This document shows, piece by piece, positions 26,314 through 39,275 of a stretch of 64,000 bases of DNA. A program made the position numbers and the translations under genes. Below the pieces are notes generated by a model. That model saw only the letters and a program-made list of their open reading frames with translations. It was not told the DNA's origin and made no database searches. The first letter of the stretch is position 1; each line of letters opens with the position of its first letter. The DNA comes from Mytilus californianus (lineage: Eukaryota), in assembly GCF_021869535.1 (NCBI RefSeq), contig NW_026262679.1, positions 4,216,001-4,280,000 of the forward strand. The letters are read 5' to 3'.

Positions 26314-27264
26314 CTATTCCCTCGAAGCAGTGACAGTAAAATCAATGCATTGACACCATCATTATGATGATGAACAAATTATTTTTACATATTGTATTGT
26401 AACTTTAAGCAAAATGTGTATGGAGTAATAAATTTTATTTCTGAAAATTTGATTGAAAATTACTTTAATATAGAAATTAAAATAACTTGCAAAATAAAGA
26501 TAAAGTTCCAAAACATTAGGTAATTAATTTAATTTCCCACGGTCGGCAGAAGGTTTTATACCATCGGGAGGTCTCGTGACACCTTCGTGACCAAGTTCGA
26601 ACGCATCGTACTCTCAATTCGACATCGTATGGCCATCGTGTTGCCTTCGTGTTTCCGGCTTATACACATCGTAATAAAAATTCCCATCTCTGTGTTGCCT
26701 TCATGAATGGTTCGGGTGCTATAGTAATACATTCTGTAGGCATCGTACTTGCTTCGACTGATGATTAGCTGTTGACTAAGTTCAGAACCATCTTCGCCCG
26801 CAATTCAAAATTCCGAGTTCGTATGGATATCGGGTGTCAATTTCGGGACAGTGTGACACCTGCATTAGAAAATACATAAGATCTTTTCACTATCATGATT
26901 ACACACTCGCTTGTTTGGTATTTGGTCGTAACATCTTCGATTAAAAAGGCAATTTACCTTAAATGATTTTTATGATTATTTTGGCATACATTAAAGTTTC
27001 CGTTTGTATCTTCCTAAACCTTTAATCCGAATTTTGAAAATGTTCTTGATCTTCCAAAGTTTTAGACTATCATATTTGCCTGTTCAAAATGAGAAAAATA
27101 AAATGTTCTTTTTTAAAAATATAAAAATAAGAACGATAGCAAATTTTGGTTCAAAGGCCGGGTACCCTCGTTATAAAAAAAAATTGGGAAGTCGAATTTA
27201 AAAATTAAACGTTGCTGTGTACTAAAATAGTGTAATGGATTATATCAAATACTTCATCCTTCAG

Positions 27265-27383
27265 GAAAATGCCAAGTGTCTTATATTCTGGTAAAGGAGC
27301 AAATGATTGGACCAAAATATTCCCTCGTTCTGAGAATGATCATATAAGTTGGTATATGCTACCCGCAGTGAAATATCCAGATG
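27265..27383 (+). CDS. Sarcosine oxidase-like paralogue 1, exon 4
   Basis: AG/GT bounded, 119 nt: KMPSVLYSGKGANDW...WYMLPAVKYPDG. Same length as paralogue 2 exon 4. Confidence 0.9.
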
Positions 27384-27479
27384 GTAATGTATTTTTATAT
27401 GTTTACATTTAGGGAATGGTTATACTGATTACGAAATAATTAACCATTAGACAGATAAGTGTAACGAGTAAATCGCTTA

Positions 27480-28147
27480 CTAAAAGATCATTTTTGGTTT
27501 TCTTTAAATTGCAAAAAATGATCAGCAAGACAAGATCTACAAATAAGTCCGCATGGTCGAAATTGTCAGTCGACTCCTTATTAGAGTTATTGCCCTTTGA
27601 TGACGATATTTACCAATTTTTGGCGTTTTTGCCTTATATCTTAAAAATTGTAATAGATAGTTAGAAACTTAGGTAAGCACAAATGATCAGCAAGACAAAA
27701 TCTACAATTAAGACAATATGAAGGAAGTCGTCCGACATTTCCTTATTGAAGTTATTGCCCTTTAATGACGATTTTACCATTTCTTTTTTTTTTGGCGTTT
27801 TGCTTTATATGATAAAAATAAGAATAGATAAATAGACACTTTACATAGTGATCAGCAAGGCAAGATCTACTAACAAATCAAATTTTGCCGATATAGTTAG
27901 TAGTCTGTCGCTCTTTATAGGAGTGATTGCCTTTAAATGGGGATTTTTTTACCCTATTTTGTGTTTTGAGCAAAACTAAAGAAGATTGATAGAAACTAAA
28001 CAGACTAAATGATCAGCAATACAATATCAACAAAACAGAGATTTTTGTCATGAATTCTATTCTCGTCTACAATGTTGGAGAGTGTCCTTTGTTGAATATG
28101 CACATAGACCTCGGTGAGCAACACATGCTCTTTAGAGCCTCAAGTTT
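27480..28147 (+). mobile_element. Helentron-associated element (HINE-like) with ~164-bp internal tandem repeats
   Basis: tgatcagcaagacaagatctac recurs at ~27520, 27684, 27849 and 28009. The 3' end is ...ggtgagcaacacatgctcttttagagcctcaagttt (short stem-loop plus T-run). Confidence 0.65.
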
Positions 28148-28889
28148 TAGAATAACCTTTGCACAGAACTCTCGACGTAATAGTTTTGAAGCCAAATGCA
28201 CACAACTTCATTTTGTATAAGTTTAAAAAAACTGGGTGGAGGGTACGCTCGGGAACTAACAGTTCACTAGCTGCGATACCGATCTAGTGGAATAACAATA
28301 AACGTATAATACGAAAATAAAAAAATTGCACAGCTTTATTATATAATTTTTAAACCAAATTTTGTGGACGGAATTTTTGAGAAATAACAAATGAACGTAG
28401 AGACCTTATTTCATGTAAATCCTATAAAATTATAAATCAACTTTACCAATTATTAATTTATTGTATCGCAGGAAGTTTAAATGCTATATATTTCATTTGT
28501 TTTTCGACATTCAGATACAATTGAACGAGTTCTAAAGGAATACAACAGTTTCATAAAAATCAGAAATACTGTTCAATTACGTTAACTTCGCCTTTAAAAA
28601 TAAATTGACAAATGCAGCCTTACCATTAGTGCGTTTTGAACTTGAAGGTAGACATATTGATAAATGGAGATTATGTGTATACAACGAAGCACACACAACG
28701 AAAAACAAAACAAAAGTCAACAAATGACATATGAGGTCAATATTTTTATTCGTATAATCAGAAAAGGAAATGACGCATGAACTGTAAACTCAAAGGCGAT
28801 TTAGATAGAAAAAAGGAGTACAAAATTACTTACAAAATTTATCAAATGATTGTTCAACGTTGACTTATATGCATTTTGCGTTTCTTTAG

Positions 28890-29036
28890 GTAAATATTAT
28901 ATCAAGTTGGGACACTTTCACCATACAAGTTTTAAACGCTTTACCACCAGCAAGGAAGTGAAAGAATGGTTTTGTCGCGGAGGAGATACAAGATTAGTGA
29001 ACGCTACAGCTGAGCTGATACAAAATGTTGTAAAGG
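28890..29036 (+). CDS. Sarcosine oxidase-like paralogue 1, exon 5
   Basis: AG/GT bounded, 147 nt: KYYIKLGHFHH...KEVKEWFCRGGD... Confidence 0.92.
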
Positions 29037-29502
29037 GTCAGTTTACATCAACAATAATTCCAATTTAAGTTTAAATGCAACAAGGAAGCGAAAGAGAAAC
29101 TAGCACTGTATATGATTAATATTACTAGTTTTCAAATTTGTAATTCATACACTACTTGAGTTAACCCCTGGTTTAAGGAAGGGTTAGAGTTGCTCAAAAT
29201 TTGTGTTATCTGGCTAATGTTTGTATATTTGGCATTTAATTTTTTTGCCTTAATGTTGCGATTGTTTAATTATAAATTTTGTTTCCTTTGGTAACGTCTT
29301 AGACGAATCATGTGAGAAGAGATAATATTAATAACTGATTTAGTTTTTTTTTATACCACGAAGCCAAACTTCCATCTTTTTTTATCAAACCTCTTAAATG
29401 TTCCCATATGAGTTTACTTCTTATTTGCAGATTACAGTAAACAGGGAAGTGATGTATTTTTTTAACACTGTAAAAAATATTTGTTTTTGTTTTTCTTTGC
29501 AG

Positions 29503-29747
29503 GTGTTAATCTGGACAGATACCATGGTGATTGGTGTGTTATAACTGAGACCCTAACAGGAAGACCATACATTGATACAATACACTCTCAGCTTGGGGTA
29601 TCTATTGGAGGAAATGGTTACGCAGCAAAATCTAGTGATGAAATAGGAAGAATCGCAGCAACTATGATGATGAAAAACAAATGGGATTCTACCATACCCA
29701 AAAATGTTTTTCAAGTAAAGTTCAAAAGAGAGTCATGTAAATTATAA
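29503..29747 (+). CDS. Sarcosine oxidase-like paralogue 1, exon 6 (terminal)
   Basis: ...GDWCVITETLTGRPYID...IGGNGYAAKSSDEIGRIAA...RESCKL*. The C-terminal CKL is a PTS1 variant. Confidence 0.94.
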
Positions 29748-30690
29748 TGTGAACTGTCTCTATACGGTTTTAATGATGTATTGAAATGTGCTTAAATGTT
29801 ATTCTTATAAATCGAAAATTATACTATCAAAAATACTATTTTTGTTTTTGATCTTAGCAGTAGAGGCAGGAAACAATATCTAAGTATTAAAATGTCTTAA
29901 CTCATCGACTACTGCCTTCAGGTAAGAAGAAAATATCATTTACAATAATATGTAGCATACATGTTCATAAACATTTGCTTTATACGGTAAACAAGAAGAA
30001 AGATATTGCTGCTCTTCCTTAATAGCTGAACTAATATAACTCATTTCCAAACAAACATAACACATCTGGATGAAAACTTTCTTCGTTCGTCGCATAATAT
30101 CGGTTTTGACCAAGAATACTACCAGCAAACTACAAAGCCTACCAGAACACCTTATCTTTTATTTTGTACTTAATCTAAAATTTGTATTTTGTAATGCTTT
30201 TTGTAAGTCGTTTGTTTAATTCATTTTTTTTTTATTTTGACAATGATAGACTTTCCTTTGATAAACATCATCTGTCTAAAAATCTACATGTATCTTCGTT
30301 AAACTGTTATCAATCAATCAATTATTCATGTATCCTCACTTTTTCATACAAACTTCCGATTACTGCAAATCCTATTACAATAAAAATCTTAGGTTACCGT
30401 GCACTTCGCTACCCAGTAATAACATATAATTTTTAAACAAATCATGTCGAGTTAATTCCAAGAAAACTCAATTTAAAGTGACAAAAACGTATAATATATA
30501 TATCATTTTGTCGATATTCAAATGAAATTCAATAAGTTCTAAATGCATATGTGAAGAAATTGTCACGGTGCGACATAATATACTGCTTTAATTTCTGTGG
30601 CTATATAATAAACGTGCAATGATGAATGCTTATTTGCATGACATTTGTTGTAGATGTGTTGATTAGATAAAATTATTATTGGTGTCTTAA

Positions 30691-31366
30691 AAAGGCATTA
30701 GCTGTCAAATTCATGTTCACCGATTTGACTCAAATTCTTATATTCGACTTATAACATACTAAAATGCATATCCCAACTATAAAAAGTCTAAAATAAACAA
30801 TTTACGGTACATAGACTCGATAGTATGTATCAGCTTTTCGTGTGTATTTTAGTCTAGACGCCATCTAATTAACCATCGAGGTGACCTCCGAAGACTGCCG
30901 ACGGTCATATAACCCGATATAAACACAACCATAGATATAAATAGATTGCTAACTCGTGCAATTGGATTTTGCTAGGTCTGTTTGATTTCATGCTATTAAA
31001 AACTATGGTAATCATGGTTTTTACCTGTATAAGAATAAGTTTTTCTAGATCGAATCAGTCAACTAAATGGTTAACCCTTGTTTCACTTCCAATGTTAACA
31101 TTCTTTTCCGTTTGATAACTGAACACGCCCTAGATCATGCGTAACCCACCTCTAGCTAGAGGGATCAATTAAAGTTCACATGCATATGGATTCAATGAGG
31201 TCAAATTATTCAGAATAATTCATTAAAGATGTTTCTTTGCTTATTTTGACAAAACTGAACCAAACTGGCTGTTAAAAGCGAATTATTATTTCACTATTTC
31301 ACTTTCATTAATGATTGAACAAAATAAAATCATATGTTTTTTTTATATCTCGTAGCTAATGCCCCT
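30691..31366. mobile_element. Kolobok-type non-autonomous DNA transposon
   Basis: TTAA on both flanks (30687-30690, 31367-31370). Termini are aaaggcattagct and agctaatgcccct. Confidence 0.7.
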
Positions 31367-32589
31367 TTAATGGTATTTAGATACAATTGTTTATCGTTCT
31401 TATTTAGGATTCATCTGACATCGCTTACATCTTTCTTTTCATTTTATTCATAAATTTTTGTAACCAAATCATTGTAATCATAGTAATCATTTGTACCAAA
31501 TTTAACTTGATTGTTCTGCCTGTAATGGTAGTCTTTAATTGACAATAAGATATTGAACTTTAACAACACCCCTAATTGCTACGGTACTCTGTATATAGTA
31601 ATAAATATATAATTCAATAAGATGGACTCGCTCATGATTAAAACACCCCTTGTTACTAGGCATCACAGAGTAATGAAATGATTTAATCTCATCAAGGAGT
31701 ATATCAGCAAAAAGTAAAATAACAAAAATACCGAACTCCAAGGAAAATTCAAAACGTAGAGTCCCTTATCAAATGGCAAAATCAAATGCTCAAACACATC
31801 AAACTAATAGAAAACAACTGTCATACTCCTGACTTGGTACAAGCATTTCCTTATGTAGAAAATAATGGATTAAAGCTGGTTTTATAGCTAGCTAAACCTC
31901 TCACTTGTATGACAGTCGCATAAAATTCCATTATATTGACAACAATGTGTGAACAAAATAAACAGACATAATATGCAAAATTGGGGTATAGTAGTCAGCA
32001 TTGTGTTATAATTTTAATCACTATAAAAGAAACAACTATGTCAACAAAGAAAAACAAAATGACAAATAGACAAAGCACATAAGCAGAAATGAAAGACAAG
32101 AATACAAAAAAAATACCACAGCTCAATAATACAATGGCGGGATGTATATGTTAACGGCAATAAGTGAAATTAGGCATTAAGCTTAAATCCTAGGCAATAA
32201 GCTAACGCCTAGGCAGTAAGTCTATTGCCTAAATAATGTTAGGCATTACTCTTAAATCCTGAAAATTATGTCCAGGCATTAATGCTAATGCCTAAGATAA
32301 AAATAGGAGTAAATAAAAGTTAAAATACATTTTGTACATAATAAAATAATAAGAACTGAAGTTTAAATGTCAATTACATGAAACAAAATCATAAGTAAAA
32401 AAGTATTGATGTTAAAACTCATTGAATAAATCTCTTAAAATATATGTTAACTTGTTGGATAGTTGTCTCATTAGCAATCATAATACACCTTATTTTTATA
32501 TTGATAGAAAATTGTATTAAAATTTATTTGTTACCAATTGGTGTGAAGCTAGGCACAGACTATTTCACAGTTTTAGCAGTCACTAATTT

Positions 32590-32990
32590 TTTATAGCATT
32601 TATACCTGGTGATCGTCCAATACCTTTGTGTAGAGCAAAATTCCAATTGACCACTGTTAATTCGTTGTTTCCCATCCATGCAGTAAGCATGTCATGAATA
32701 TTTCCGTTTGACCACTCAATACTACCCTGTGATTGGAAATGTATCAGCTTCCCGTGAACAAAAATAGTTTTGACCACATTAGCATTAATTCAGATATAAC
32801 CTTAGCTGTAAATTCAAAACCTTTGTCACTTTGCTGTTTATGTGGCACACCAAATATTGTGAAAACAAATACTAAATTAGAAGCCACCTTTGAAGCACCC
32901 TTTGATGTAAGAGCTCTAGCAATATCATTTTTTTCAGGTGTTCTTGGTTCACCATAGAAAATATAGTTTGCATCTTACTTTGATTGGAAA
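32590..32990 (-). pseudogene. Ginger2 integrase-like transposase relic
   Basis: RALTSKGASKVASNLVFVFTIFGVPHKQQSDKGFEFTAKVISEL..W, a frameshift, then VHGKLIHFQSQGSIEWSNGNIHDMLTAWM and HKGIGRSP. This matches the rve integrase core (QSDNG.EF; HGKPRH.QSQGSVER). Confidence 0.85.
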
Positions 32991-33289
32991 ACGATTAAAT
33001 CAACCTATCCCCTTCTGTAAAACTCTTTTTATAAAACAGGTTTTACTACTACTCCCTTCCTTATGCACATTTTATCATTCTACAATTTTCACAAAATGGA
33101 AGAAATAGTACAATGGAATGATGGAAAACGTTTGCAAAGCCATTATTATGTTGTTTAATTCTACGGTCTATAAAGATGATAGGCCGATTTGACATATTTC
33201 TTTTTTTTCTTCCAAAATACAATACACTTCCTATAGAAAAACATAAACTTTGAAATTTCCCTAATCATTCTCTTATACTTTAATTATGA

Positions 33290-34100
33290 GTCTTTCAAAT
33301 CGCCAATGGTATAAAAGAGGAACGAAAGATACCAGAGGGACAGTCAAACTCATAGATCGAAAACAAACTGACAATGCCATGGCAAAAAATAAAAAGACAA
33401 ACAGACAAATAATAGTACAGATGACACAACATAGAAAACTAAAGACTAGGCAACACGAAACCCACCAAAAACTGGGGGGGGGGGGGGGGTGATCTCAGGT
33501 GCTCCGGAAGGGTAAGCAGATGTATGAATTATTCTAAATACTAAGGATTTTCTTATCCCAGACATATAACCTTAGCCGTATTTGGCACAACTTTTTGGAA
33601 CTTTTGGTCCTCAATGCTCTTCAACTTTGTACTTGTTTTGGCTTTCGTACTTTTTTGATCTGAGCGTCACTGGTTAGTCTTGTGTGGACGAAACGCGCGT
33701 CTTGCGTATTTTAATTTTAAACCTGGTACCTTTTGTTAGCTATTATTCGTATGTTTCTCTGTCCTATATGTTCTCTCATTTATTTGTATTGTAGTCCTGT
33801 CATGTAATGTTGTCATTTTAATGTTATATCTAACATTGCCACAAAAGAGGGAGGTTCGGCTAGCCACAAAAACGAGGTTCAACCCACCATTTTTTTCTTA
33901 AAATGTCCTGTACCAAGTCAGGAAAATGGCTATTGTTATATTATAGTTCGTTTCTGTGTGTGTTACATTTTTCTCCTCTTATATTTGATGTGTTTCCGTC
34001 AGTTTTAGTTTGTAACCTGGATTTTTTCTCAATCGATTTATGAATTTCGAAAAGCGGTATACTACTGTTGCCTTTATTCATACCATTTTAAATTTTAATA
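33290..34100 (+). repeat. Hammerhead-bearing non-autonomous retroelement nested in the Ginger2 element
   Basis: 33580-34080 is closely similar to the reverse complement of 59500-59950. It contains a degenerate hammerhead at 33665-33706. Confidence 0.75.
33665..33706 (+). ncRNA. Hammerhead motif with altered core (CUGGUUA)
   Basis: cgtca CTGGTTA gtc ttgtgtg gac GAAA c gcgc GTC ttgcg. Stems II and III are intact, stem I has a mismatch, and the core has two substitutions. Confidence 0.7.
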
Positions 34101-34774
34101 AACTATAGAATCCTTATTTTCTGATTTTAAAAGTTTAATCTTTCAAAATTGCCAAATAATCATTGTACTTTTGCTTTGAGTATATGATTTTGTTTTCCCT
34201 GATTCAAATTTATATTCCGCAAAAATTCGAGAAATTTTGTTCTTGCTTAAATGCTAATAATCCAGATTAAGAAGTGAAAAGACAAGATGGGTATTTAAGA
34301 AAATTTACATATCCAATAAAACAGATGGAAAAACAGTGACTGGCACAATTTCATATCTTCAGTTGTCTAATTTTGACCAGCTCAAACCGGCTCTACCTTT
34401 GAAGAGCAATACCACAAAGAAATAGGACGAAGTTCTGTTTTAAATACGAAAAATACTGAAAATTTAAGATGTTTTAAAGTCAGTTTCTAATAATTTTTGG
34501 AATATAATTATTTAAATATTATTCATCAGAATATTTCACCAAATGTACATGTATTTGGAAGATAAACAAAAATCCAAAAGTTAACTTATTGCCTGAAATG
34601 ATGTTTGGCAAAAGGTTGAATAATCATCATCAAATTCCAGGAAATAAGTTTAAAGCCTGAAAATTTCAGGCAATAACTTAATGCCTAGGCGTTAGCTTAT
34701 TGCCTAGGATTAAAGCTTAATGCCTTATTTCACTTATTGCCGCTAACATATAAATACCGAGCCACGACATATGG

Positions 34775-34990
34775 ATACTTCAAGACCATCATGTATTATT
34801 TGTGAAGTTGATACGGAATATATATCAACACGGTCTTGGTATCTTCCGATGAACTTTTTTAGAAAAAGGACGAGATGTTTAACATAACCCTGATTCATCA
34901 ACTTTTTCTGCTCAGACACTAATGACGTTTCATCGGATCAAGTTACAGAAACATAGTACAAGTAGTAAATTTAGCGAGTGAAACCTGTAA
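34775..34990 (-). pseudogene. Penelope-like RT C-terminal fragment
   Basis: Encodes ...LSRKVDESGLC/YVK.LVLFLKKFIGRYQD..DIYSVSTSQIIHDGL. Inverted twin of 39065-39275. Confidence 0.7.
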
Positions 34991-35021
34991 AAAAATGAAA
35001 ACAACACTTTTTAGATTTCAT

Positions 35022-35063
35022 GCGTCCGAAGTGCTTTTCTGGATTTACCATCATCAGGAACGC
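35022..35063 (-). ncRNA. Minimal type I hammerhead ribozyme, predicted intact core
   Basis: Minus strand: gcgttc CTGATGA tgg taaat cca GAAA a gcac TTC ggacgc. All three stems pair, UUC cleavage triplet, loop III GCAC (one change from palindromic GCGC). Confidence 0.8.
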
Positions 35064-35579
35064 TCAAAGCCGAATATTTGAAAGCAGGCAAATGTTAGCA
35101 CAATCATTTAAATATTAAACAACATATAATATGAAAATAAGAAGATGTGGTATGATTGCCAATGAGACAACTATCCACTAGTGACCAAATGACTCAGAAA
35201 TTAACAACTATAAGCCCAGTATTGTAACTAGTGTTTGGTAAACCCCAACCATCCCGTCCTATAATGTCTAATTGGTCTGTGAGAGCTTCCACGCTCTTGA
35301 ACACGTGCAAATTCAAATATACTCCCTGATCCGATTGTATTGATTTGGGTGTGAAACTGTTAAAACAACACCAGTTATCAATGCACAAAACGGACAAAAG
35401 GTCACAAATAATGCCAAAGCCAAATTGGACAGCTTTATTGTGTTAATAACAATTTAATCAGATACTAACCTCTATCGAACAGATAACCGTTTTGACGATT
35501 GAATAATAGTTTTTTTCTTTCTAATTATTTAAAAAAAGATAAAGACTTAATCAATGAAAAGTTAGATTCCGTTATTCAT

Positions 35580-36513
35580 GGTTTTATATTTTAGGAAATA
35601 CCGCGAAACCAAATACATTCGAGTTCATTGGCAATACCAATTTCGGAGAGAGAAAAAGTACATATACAATTATTTGTTAACTAAAAGTTTTGATGCAATT
35701 TGCGCAAAAATGTATGGCATTTAAAATTTATCGGTCCAATTTGCATAATAATCTGAAATAACACAAATATATTTGTTTTCACTCCTGGTCATTGGTTACC
35801 TACAAAGAATATTCATGGTAATACATTTGGAAACTAGACTCTAATATCTTCGTAGTTGTTCGTTTTTATTTTTTCGGAGTCTTTCGTTTTGAACTTTTAC
35901 AGTTATTGAACTATTGCTTCACATCAGGCTGAAGTTTTGGCCAGTTATATCCATTTACGATTTTGTCTAAAGTCTTTCTTACCCCATTACTGCTGAAATG
36001 CGAATTTCATGATATTGGTTCAAAACTGCTCTTCTCTCACTTTTTGGTAACACTGCTTTCGGTTACTGCTTTTGACGGTGCATAATATCATTGGATATAA
36101 CAAAAACATCAAATAGAGACAAATGAGTCTTCACTGTCATTGACTCAGCACGAATTTTTGTTTCTTTTTCAACGCTACCATTCACGGACTATAATCAAAT
36201 CATTGTCCTCTTTTTGCTTTTCCACAAAACAAATATCACTTGACTCCTCTTTTACATTAGGTTGAAATTGCCTTTTCGATATGGAATGCGTATGAGGTGT
36301 CACTAAGGTGTTGCTTCCAAGGTCTGTGGACTATTTTCATATCGTATGAACTAAAAATCTGGAGCCATCTTGTTATTTTTCACTCTGGCTCCTTTAAATT
36401 ACGAAGCAAGCTAAGATACATGTGGTCAGTACGGACAATAAACGGTTTATCATATAAGTAATGCTTGAAATGTTTTGTACAGTGAACTACTCCAAGTAGT
36501 TCCTTTCGTGTCA
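35580..36513 (-). pseudogene. Inverted duplicate of Gypsy RNase H-integrase relic
   Basis: Reverse complement of ~37887-38625 (RKELLGVVHC.KHFKHYLYDKPFIVRTDH; integrase core segment). Confidence 0.8.
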
Positions 36514-36719
36514 TTTTTTGGCAGACACAGGATCAACAGTAACTATTATTTCAGAGAAGACAATTTTGTCAACATAACGGAGCTTTAAACAACTGTCAAA
36601 CAATCGGGAGGTTGAGCTAGCTAAAAAATTGCGTTTAATCCAGCATTTTCTTCAGAAAATGACTGTACCAAGTCAGGAATATGGTATAATATGATACTAC
36701 TGGCTAGACGACCAGATTT

Positions 36720-38625
36720 GGTGAGTGCGTACAAGCAAGTCCTAACTGCATGTGGTGGCAAACTAAATAAAATATGTGAAGTTCGTTTACATTTATTTTT
36801 CCAGCTAGGTCAGTCGGTTGTTGTCGAAGTTACTGAAGCTCATATCACATTTGATGGCATCATTGGTTTTAATTTTTTAAGACAAAAAGACAATCAACGG
36901 TCAGATTAATCTTCAGAACACATGTTGGGTTAAAATATTAAGGATTGTTTTGATGTTTCAGTTTTGTTGATCAAGAGAAAGTGGTAGTTCTAGCTAAAAA
37001 CAAGATGGTCATCATGGGAGCTGTGAGTATTCCAAAAAATAAACTATCCTTGATTCAAATCTAATGGTTGAGGCTGCAGTTTTTTCCAAAGGGAAAGAGG
37101 TAAAGTCGGACGCTCATTAGCTAAATCAGGTAGAAATGTTTTAGTACGTTTAATGAATCGCAGATTCGCAGGTTACCTCGATCTGCGATTGCTCAGGTAA
37201 GTCATGTGCAAGAAGTGAAATATAAGAACAAATATGAGAAGAGCCAACCAACATCAGATTTGCAGTATTAATTAAGGAGGTCACAACAACACTTGAATTT
37301 TACATAATATACTATGATTAAATGCCTACTCAAAGATACCACTGCTTTCTGTTTCAGACTCAGATTTCAGTAAATCAAATAGTAAAATCTAAAATAAATA
37401 CATCTACAGCTTTGCCGATTAAACAATCATTAAGAAGACTCATCAGAACTCTAGCAAAAGAAGTTGTTAAAAAAAGTTCATGAAATGTTAAAAATGAATT
37501 GATCACTCTTTTCTTAGATCCTTGGACAGCTCCAATTATTATTGTGCGAAAGAACTCGACCACGCGCTTTTGTTTAGATAAAACGAAAATGAACGCAGTC
37601 GCAGTAAACGTCGCTTATTCGTTACCACATATTAGTGACTCGTTTGATCAATTATCTTGATTAACCTGGTTTTCAACTTTAGATCTTTCGTTTGGATATT
37701 GGCAGGTGGTATGTGAGTCTACAGATCAGTCGAAAACTGCTTTTGCAACAAGATCAGGACTACTCGAGTTCAAACTAATAGCTACTGATCCGGAGAAGAC
37801 AAAACCAATTGGACTGTGCCAAGATATTCAAAAGAGGCTTCGATCATTTCCTCGGGTGTTGCGGCTCATACAAAAACCACAGATACTGTGACATGAAAGG
37901 AACTACTTGGAGTAGTTCACTGTACAAAACATTTCAAGCATTACTTATATGATAAACCGTTTATTGTCCGTACTGACCACATGTATCTTAGTTTGCTTCG
38001 TAATCAGAGTGAAAAATAGCAAAATGGCTCCAGATGTTTAGTTCATACGATATGAAAATAGTCCACAGACCTTGGAAGCAACACCTTAGTGACACCTCAT
38101 ACGCATTACATATCGAAAAAGCAATTTCAACCAAATGTAAAAGAGGAGTCAAGTGATATTTGTTTTGGGGAAAAAACAAAAGAGGACAATGATTTGATTA
38201 TTGAACCAATATCATGAAATTCGCATTTCAGCAGTTTAGGGGTAAGAAAGACTTTAACAAAAAATATAAATGGTTATAACTTGCCAAGACTTCAGCGTGA
38301 TGTGTAGCAATAATTCAACAACTGTAATAAATGTTCAAAACGAAAGGCTCCGAAAAAATAAAAACGAACAACTACGAAGATATCAAAGACAAGTGTCCAA
38401 ATATAACGTATTGCAATGAATATTCTTGGTGAGTTACCAATGACCAGGAGTGATAACAAAAATATTTGTGTTACTTCAGATTATTATGCAAAATGGACCG
38501 ATTCATTTTAAGTGCCATACATGAATGCGCAAACTGCATCAAAACTTTTAGTTAATAAATAATTATATGTACTTTTTTCTCTCCCGAAATTGGTATTGCC
38601 GATAAACTCGAGTGTATTTGATTTG
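36720..38625 (+). pseudogene. Ty3/Gypsy pol relic (protease-RT-RNase H-integrase)
   Basis: Fragments in Gypsy order: DGIIGFNFL; PWTAPIIIVRK...WFSTLDLSFGYWQV...KTAFATRSGLLEF; ELLGVVHCTKHFKHYLYDKPFIVRTDH; ILGELPMTRS...DYYAKW. Many stops and deletions; no LTR seen. Confidence 0.85.
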
Positions 38626-38990
38626 AAATATAAAACCAATCGTCAAAACGGTTGTCTGTTCGATAGAGGTTAGTATCTGATTAAATTGTATTTTCCACAA
38701 TAAAGCTGTCCAATTTGGCTTTGGCATAATTTGTGACCTTTTGTCCTTCTATCCTTGATTTGTTTTGTGTATGGATTATTGGTGTTGTTTTAACAGTTTC
38801 ACACCCAACTCAATACAATCGGATAAAGGATTATATTTGAAAATGCACGTTTTCAAGAACGTGAAAGCTATAACAGACCAATTAGGCACTATAGGACGGT
38901 ATGGTAGGGGTTTGCCAAACACTGAGCTTATATGTTGATGAACATTTAAATGATTGTGCGAACATTTGGCTTGCATATATTCGGCTTTGA

Positions 38991-39032
38991 GTGTTCCTGA
39001 TGGTGGTAAATTCAGAAAAGCGATTCGGACAC
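38991..39032 (+). ncRNA. Hammerhead motif, one core substitution
   Basis: gtgttc CTGATGG tgg taaat tca GAAA a gcga TTC ggacac. Inverted twin of 35022-35063. Confidence 0.7.
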
Positions 39033-39064
39033 ATGAAATTTATAACGTGTTGTTTTCATTTTTT

Positions 39065-39275
39065 ACAGGTATCACTCGCTAAATTTACTACTTGTGCTAT
39101 GTTTCTATTGTTTGATACGATGAAACGTCACTAGTGTCTGAGCAGAAAGTTGATGAATCAGGGTTATGTTAAAGAACATCTCGTCCTTTTTCTAAAAAAC
39201 GTTCATCGGAAGATACCAAGACCTTGTTGATATATATTCCGTATCAATTTCACAAATAATACATGATGGTCTTGA
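39065..39275 (+). pseudogene. Penelope-like RT C-terminal fragment downstream of hammerhead
   Basis: CLSRKLMNQGYVKEHLVLFLKN/KFIGRYQDLVDIYSVSISQIIHDGL. Confidence 0.75.

Larger units (their letters stand above)
21211..26864 (+). mobile_element. PIF/Harbinger DNA transposon in intron 3 of paralogue 1, carrying nested insertions
   Basis: 32-bp TIRs at 21211-21242 and 26833-26864 (1 mismatch), TTA target-site duplication at 21208-21210 and 26865-26867, and an internal transposase relic. Confidence 0.92.
32149..34748 (-). mobile_element. Ginger2/TDD-type DNA transposon (KRBA2/SCAND3-like integrase)
   Basis: TGTTA...TAACA termini with ~67-80-bp TIRs. 4-bp TATA duplication at 32145-32148 and 34749-34752; the empty site survives in the paralogous repeat at 39401-39425. 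An internal integrase relic is present. Confidence 0.85.
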
